Assembly: GCA_949299435.1 (NCBI GenBank)
Contig: CASGAK010000003.1
Span: 1-35,884 of the forward strand
Reading direction: 5' to 3'
DNA: 35,884 nt
Source of the DNA: an uncultured bacterium
GTDB lineage: Bacteria > Cyanobacteriota > Vampirovibrionia > Gastranaerophilales > Gastranaerophilaceae
In this document: piece by piece, positions 32,496 through 35,884 of the stretch
Position numbering within the stretch: the first letter of the stretch is position 1
Layout: the number at the start of each line of letters is the position of its first letter
The notes under the pieces: generated by a model
The model's database searches: none
What the model saw: the letters and a program-made list of their open reading frames with translations, nothing else
Told to the model about the DNA's origin: nothing
Translations under genes and position numbers: made by a program

Positions 32496-33928
32496 GATTT
32501 TACCTCCGTTTTGTTATTGGCTTTGTTTACCAAATCTTTGATTTCATTAGGGTGTTTTTTATTTGAAAGATTTGGGAATACTGCGTCCATAAATTTAGGA
32601 TATGTCCAGTTCAATAACCAGCAACTCAACGGTAAAATTAAAAGTGAAACTCTTAATCCTGTGAGTTGTTTATGGGCTTTTATGTTGTTTTTTACTTGGT
32701 CTTGTAATAGATTTGAAATTTCTTTTGAAAATTTGAATTTAGTTAATCTATGAGTTGGAGTACTATCAACTTGGTTTTTCAAATAAGTTTCAATGGCTGT
32801 CATAGATTGTTTTTGGTTGACCATTTCCTGCATTTTTTCGAGTACACTGATTTCTGATTTGATTGGGGTGATTCTATAGTTAGTTTCCCAATTTTTTATA
32901 AATTCTGCGAGATCTTCCGCAGTTTTTGGTGGATTTTTCCCTGCTGTATAAAAGTCGATATCTCTTAGAATACCATTTAATTTTGCCTGCATTGCGATTT
33001 TTAGGTCTTCAGGATTATTCCCTCGTCTTGCTAGAATGTCATCAAAAATAGCAAGTAATTCAGGGTCTTTATTTTTATGTTCTTTTTTTAGTTGTTTCAC
33101 TAATTTCTTTATATTTTTAGGAGCATCAGTTGCATCAAGTTTATTTTTAATATCTGTAAAAATATTTTTAGCTTCGTCTGTATGGGTTCTATAGTATTCA
33201 GCACGTTTGATTTTTTTAGGAATTGTAATATTTAAACATTTATTTAATTCAGAATTGGCATCATTAAGTTTTGTCTGTAATACTTCATTTTGAAGATTTC
33301 TATACACTGCATCTGACATTTTAAATGTTTCACCTGTATCTCTACCCATGACAATATTATCGTTTTTAATCATATTGATTAAATTTTCTTGTTGTTTTGC
33401 CATTTGAGTTTTTACCATTCTATCAAGCTCATTTTTAGAGATATAAGGGTATTGTTTTTTTATGGCTTTTTCTATATAAGTTTTATCTTGAAAAAGTGTT
33501 TTGTTGTACAATTCATCATAGTATCCGTTATTAGCGAGCCTGTCTACCATTCTGTTAAAAGGAATTGTGAAACCTACCTGAGTTGCGACTGCTATAATTG
33601 CAGATACAGGCTGACGCCATGCTGAATAAGTTCTTGTATCCTCATCTGTTTTGGATAATGGATTCCACTTGATAAAAATAGGTGCTACTAAACCTGTACC
33701 GAGAGCGTTGATTATTATGTTCTGAACCTCACCCATGTTATCGGTTACACGTTTCATACCTTTAATTATCGGAGGCATGAAGTTCTTAATTTCATCTTTT
33801 AAATTAACATCAACCTTAGGGGTGGTTAGTGCTGTGAAATTGGGTTTATAAGCCACTCTCTGCCTTTTAGCAGCCTGATTGTTAATTCCAAATTTTACAC
33901 TTTCTACTTTCATCACTTCACCAAACAA
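32492..33928 (-). CDS. hypothetical membrane protein, ~475 aa (TM hairpin, ~300-aa K/N/E-rich helical region, C-terminal TM)
   Basis: Long clean ORF. The start is either TTG 33928 (GAAGG 5 nt upstream) or ATG 33913 (GGTGA upstream). No recognisable enzymatic motif. Confidence 0.65.
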   Translation of the reverse strand: MFGEVMKVESVKFGINNQAAKRQRVAYKPNFTALTTPKVDVNLKDEIKNFMPPIIKGMKRVTDNMGEVQNIIINALGTGLVAPIFIKWNPLSKTDEDTRTYSAWRQPVSAIIAVATQVGFTIPFNRMVDRLANNGYYDELYNKTLFQDKTYIEKAIKKQYPYISKNELDRMVKTQMAKQQENLINMIKNDNIVMGRDTGETFKMSDAVYRNLQNEVLQTKLNDANSELNKCLNITIPKKIKRAEYYRTHTDEAKNIFTDIKNKLDATDAPKNIKKLVKQLKKEHKNKDPELLAIFDDILARRGNNPEDLKIAMQAKLNGILRDIDFYTAGKNPPKTAEDLAEFIKNWETNYRITPIKSEISVLEKMQEMVNQKQSMTAIETYLKNQVDSTPTHRLTKFKFSKEISNLLQDQVKNNIKAHKQLTGLRVSLLILPLSCWLLNWTYPKFMDAVFPNLSNKKHPNEIKDLVNKANNKTEVKS

Positions 33929-33930
33929 TG

Positions 33931-33955
33931 AAACCTTCTATATATATATAGGTTT
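33931..33955. repeat. inverted repeat AAACCT / AGGTTT flanking a (TA)6 dinucleotide tract
   Basis: AAACCTTCTATATATATATAGGTTT read directly; 3-27 nt upstream of the TTG at 33928. Confidence 0.5.
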
Positions 33956-34135
33956 GAACATAATAAAAATTGCTATTTTTTTTGTATTTATTAAGTTTTA
34001 TTAACAAACTGTTTTAAGTACAAACAAAACTATATTTATTGTTTTTGACTGTTATTTGTAAATATAAAATCAGTATGAATTTTAAAAGATACAAAACCAA
34101 TTGATAAATACAATGATTAAAATGTACTGTAAAAA

Positions 34136-34164
34136 TTGTCATTTAGACAAGAAAATTATATAAT
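34136..34164 (+). promoter_or_regulatory. candidate sigma-70-type promoter TTGTCA-17 nt-TATAAT for pgpH
   Basis: Hexamers and spacing counted directly; 90 nt upstream of the ATG at 34254. Confidence 0.4.
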
Positions 34165-34253
34165 AAAAGAAAATTTTTTAATAGTCAGTCTACAGACTTG
34201 AAAAATAATTTCGAAGTAATAAAATAATTAAAGATTATGAGGGATATAAATAA

Positions 34254-35884
34254 ATGAATAATAGAGGTTTTTGGTTAAATATAAAAGAATTTATAACCGC
34301 TACACAGACATTAAAAGTATTAGCATTTTTAGTTTTTACTTTGATAATAACAGCGATAATATCATCTCAGAATTTCTTTTTTCAAAGCATAATTGAAAAC
34401 GGTATAAGTAAAAAAGATGTAATTGCTCAAAAAACACTTACGGTTATAGATGTAAAACGAACAGAGCAGCATAAAAAAGAAGTTGCTCAAAAAGTTGATT
34501 ATGTGCTTACTCCAGCGGAAGACGATTTTATAAAAAATAATCTTGAAATGCTTCAAAACTCAATAATGCAAATCCGTAAAAAGGAAGTGGAAGAAAGTGT
34601 AAAAAAAGAGGAGCTTTCAATACTTTTTGATATTTCAAATAAAGAGCGGAAAGATTTTGTAATAGAATTTTTGTTAAAATCCGATGATGCCTCTTTGCAT
34701 GAGGTCTTTGATAAAGCTAATTTAACTTTATCTAATGTATTAAGACAAGGAATCACAGAAAAAGACTATGAAAAAAATAATATAGATACAATAGTTACCA
34801 ACAATATAGTGACGAATGTATCAAAGCGTCAAATATCCGTAATAAAAGGTTTACTTGAACAGGTAATAGTACCAAATTTAGTTGTAGATGAATTTGCAAC
34901 GGAAATTGCAAGAAAAAATGCGGAAAATTCAGTTAAACCTTATGAAATAACTATTCACAAAGGCGAAAAGATAGTTTTCGAAGGTGAGCCTGTGACCAGA
35001 CTAAAGCGAGATGCTCTAAGACAGGCTGGATATAATGTATATGAACTTAACTGGCAAGGGCTTTTGGCGATATATGTACTTGTATTTATCGGTACAATAA
35101 TATTTTTAAGCTATATGCGATACTTTGAAAAGCCGTTTTTGGAACCGCGATATATGATGATTACGTCAATGTTATCGTTTTTGTTGGCTATAATTGCAGT
35201 TGTATTGCCAACGGGATTTTCTCCTTATGTTCTGCCTATACCTGCGTATATATTTATTTTGGCTATATTTACGAATTCAAGAATTGCATTTGTTGCAATG
35301 ACTGTGTTAATTGCTGTTATGACAATAGGCATGCAATATGATATCCAATTTTTTACAACCTTTATTTTATTAGGACTTGTATCTATGATTACAATTTCCA
35401 GAATAAGATATTCAAGACGATTTGACTTAATAAAAGCAGGGTTTGCAATCTCTATATCTGGCTTGGCTATTTTATTCAGTATATATATGCTGGAAAAATG
35501 TTTGATAGATGTAAGTAATGTGTTAATTATAAAAAACAGTGCATTTATATTATTAAACGGTATTATAAGTGCAATGATTGCACTAGGAACTTTACCATTA
35601 TTAGAGAGTGCCTTTCAAATAATTACTCCTTACGGACTTGCAGAACTTGCTGATCATAATCAGCCCCTGTTGAAGCGTTTGCAAATAGAAGCCCCCGGGA
35701 CTTATCATCACAGTCTTATGGTATCAAATCTTTGTGAGGCTGCCGCAGAAGCTATCGGGGCAAATCCGATTTTAGCAAGGGTAGGGGCATTCTACCATGA
35801 TATCGGTAAACTCAAAAGACCGTTATTTTTCGTAGAAAATCAGTCGTATTTTGGAATAGAGAACCCGCATACAAAGCTAAATCC
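34254..35884 (+). CDS. pgpH: 7TM-receptor / HD-domain phosphohydrolase (PgpH-type c-di-AMP phosphodiesterase); 3' end cut by window edge
   Basis: Absent from the track because it is open to the window end. GAGGGA SD 9 nt upstream. The N-terminal TM is followed by an extracellular region and 7 hydrophobic segments. The HD domain then begins: APGTYHHSLMVSNLCEAAAEAIGANPILARVGAFYHDIGKLKRP. Confidence 0.9.
   Translation, partial: MNNRGFWLNIKEFITATQTLKVLAFLVFTLIITAIISSQNFFFQSIIENGISKKDVIAQKTLTVIDVKRTEQHKKEVAQKVDYVLTPAEDDFIKNNLEMLQNSIMQIRKKEVEESVKKEELSILFDISNKERKDFVIEFLLKSDDASLHEVFDKANLTLSNVLRQGITEKDYEKNNIDTIVTNNIVTNVSKRQISVIKGLLEQVIVPNLVVDEFATEIARKNAENSVKPYEITIHKGEKIVFEGEPVTRLKRDALRQAGYNVYELNWQGLLAIYVLVFIGTIIFLSYMRYFEKPFLEPRYMMITSMLSFLLAIIAVVLPTGFSPYVLPIPAYIFILAIFTNSRIAFVAMTVLIAVMTIGMQYDIQFFTTFILLGLVSMITISRIRYSRRFDLIKAGFAISISGLAILFSIYMLEKCLIDVSNVLIIKNSAFILLNGIISAMIALGTLPLLESAFQIITPYGLAELADHNQPLLKRLQIEAPGTYHHSLMVSNLCEAAAEAIGANPILARVGAFYHDIGKLKRPLFFVENQSYFGIENPHTKLN

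Noticed and set aside
2738-33928. Possible shared N-terminal motif (PIAFTG versus PNFTAL, about 35-50 residues in) between the 458-aa and ~475-aa unknown proteins.
   Set aside because: The match is too short and degenerate to distinguish from chance without an alignment of homologues.
34113-34163. 16-codon mini-ORF MIKMYCKNCHLDKKII in the AT-rich intergenic region.
   Set aside because: It has no SD, overlaps the predicted pgpH promoter, and the CxxC could be chance in a 16-mer.
34237-34257. 6-codon uORF whose TGA overlaps the pgpH ATG (ATGA).
   Set aside because: Its ATG lies inside the GAGGGA SD of pgpH, so it is most simply a by-product of the SD sequence.
1-35884. Scan for CRISPR arrays, tRNA/rRNA genes, IS elements, integrases or prophage boundaries, and for stop-codon reassignment.
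   Set aside because: I saw no repeat-spacer periodicity, no GC-rich structured RNA-like islands, and no transposase or integrase motifs in any long ORF. UGA is used as a stop (for example 10412..10414 and 25194..25196) and as the RF2 frameshift sensor, which argues against UGA recoding.

Overview
AT-rich, very gene-dense 35.9-kb chromosomal segment with about 42 credible protein-coding genes on both strands. Co-directional genes often overlap by 1-20 nt, and three convergent gene pairs overlap at their 3' ends. By eye I find no rRNA, tRNA, CRISPR array, transposase, integrase or phage genes. Housekeeping genes recognisable from motifs are tsaB, tsaE, a YebC-family gene, glyS, prfB (with its +1 programmed frameshift, whose first 23 codons the ORF track misses), rph, an ilvB-like AHAS, a family-4 UDG, an M16 peptidase, nanE plus a ROK kinase, a UbiA-type prenyltransferase, lysA-cdaA-yitT, a PGDH-like dehydrogenase, and pgpH (3' end cut by the right edge). 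The accessory or unexplained content is more interesting. (i) Three dispersed head-to-head cassettes each pair a small XRE-type HTH gene with a prepilin-type (class III signal peptide) gene, and each has its own palindrome or repeat at the pilin promoter. (ii) A tandem array of three secreted ~175-aa mini-metzincins lies downstream of a 98-aa ORF and a 458-aa ORF carrying a Cas9-like-spaced HNH motif. (iii) Two tandem paralogous polytopic membrane proteins sit next to prfB. (iv) Two secreted, highly charged coiled-coil proteins lie side by side, one built from 120-bp repeats. (v) An overlapping two-gene operon of unknown membrane proteins with a shared TM-hairpin architecture sits between the c-di-AMP synthase (cdaA) and phosphodiesterase (pgpH) genes, behind a 325-bp AT-rich region containing a (TA)6-centred inverted repeat. 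My tentative origin is a low-GC, host-associated bacterium. The AEVLITLGIIG-type pilin N-termini, the lysA-cdaA linkage and the split glyS would fit a non-photosynthetic cyanobacterial relative (Melainabacteria/Vampirovibrionia-like), but this is inference only. All functional calls come from motif recognition in the translated ORFs; no database search was possible.
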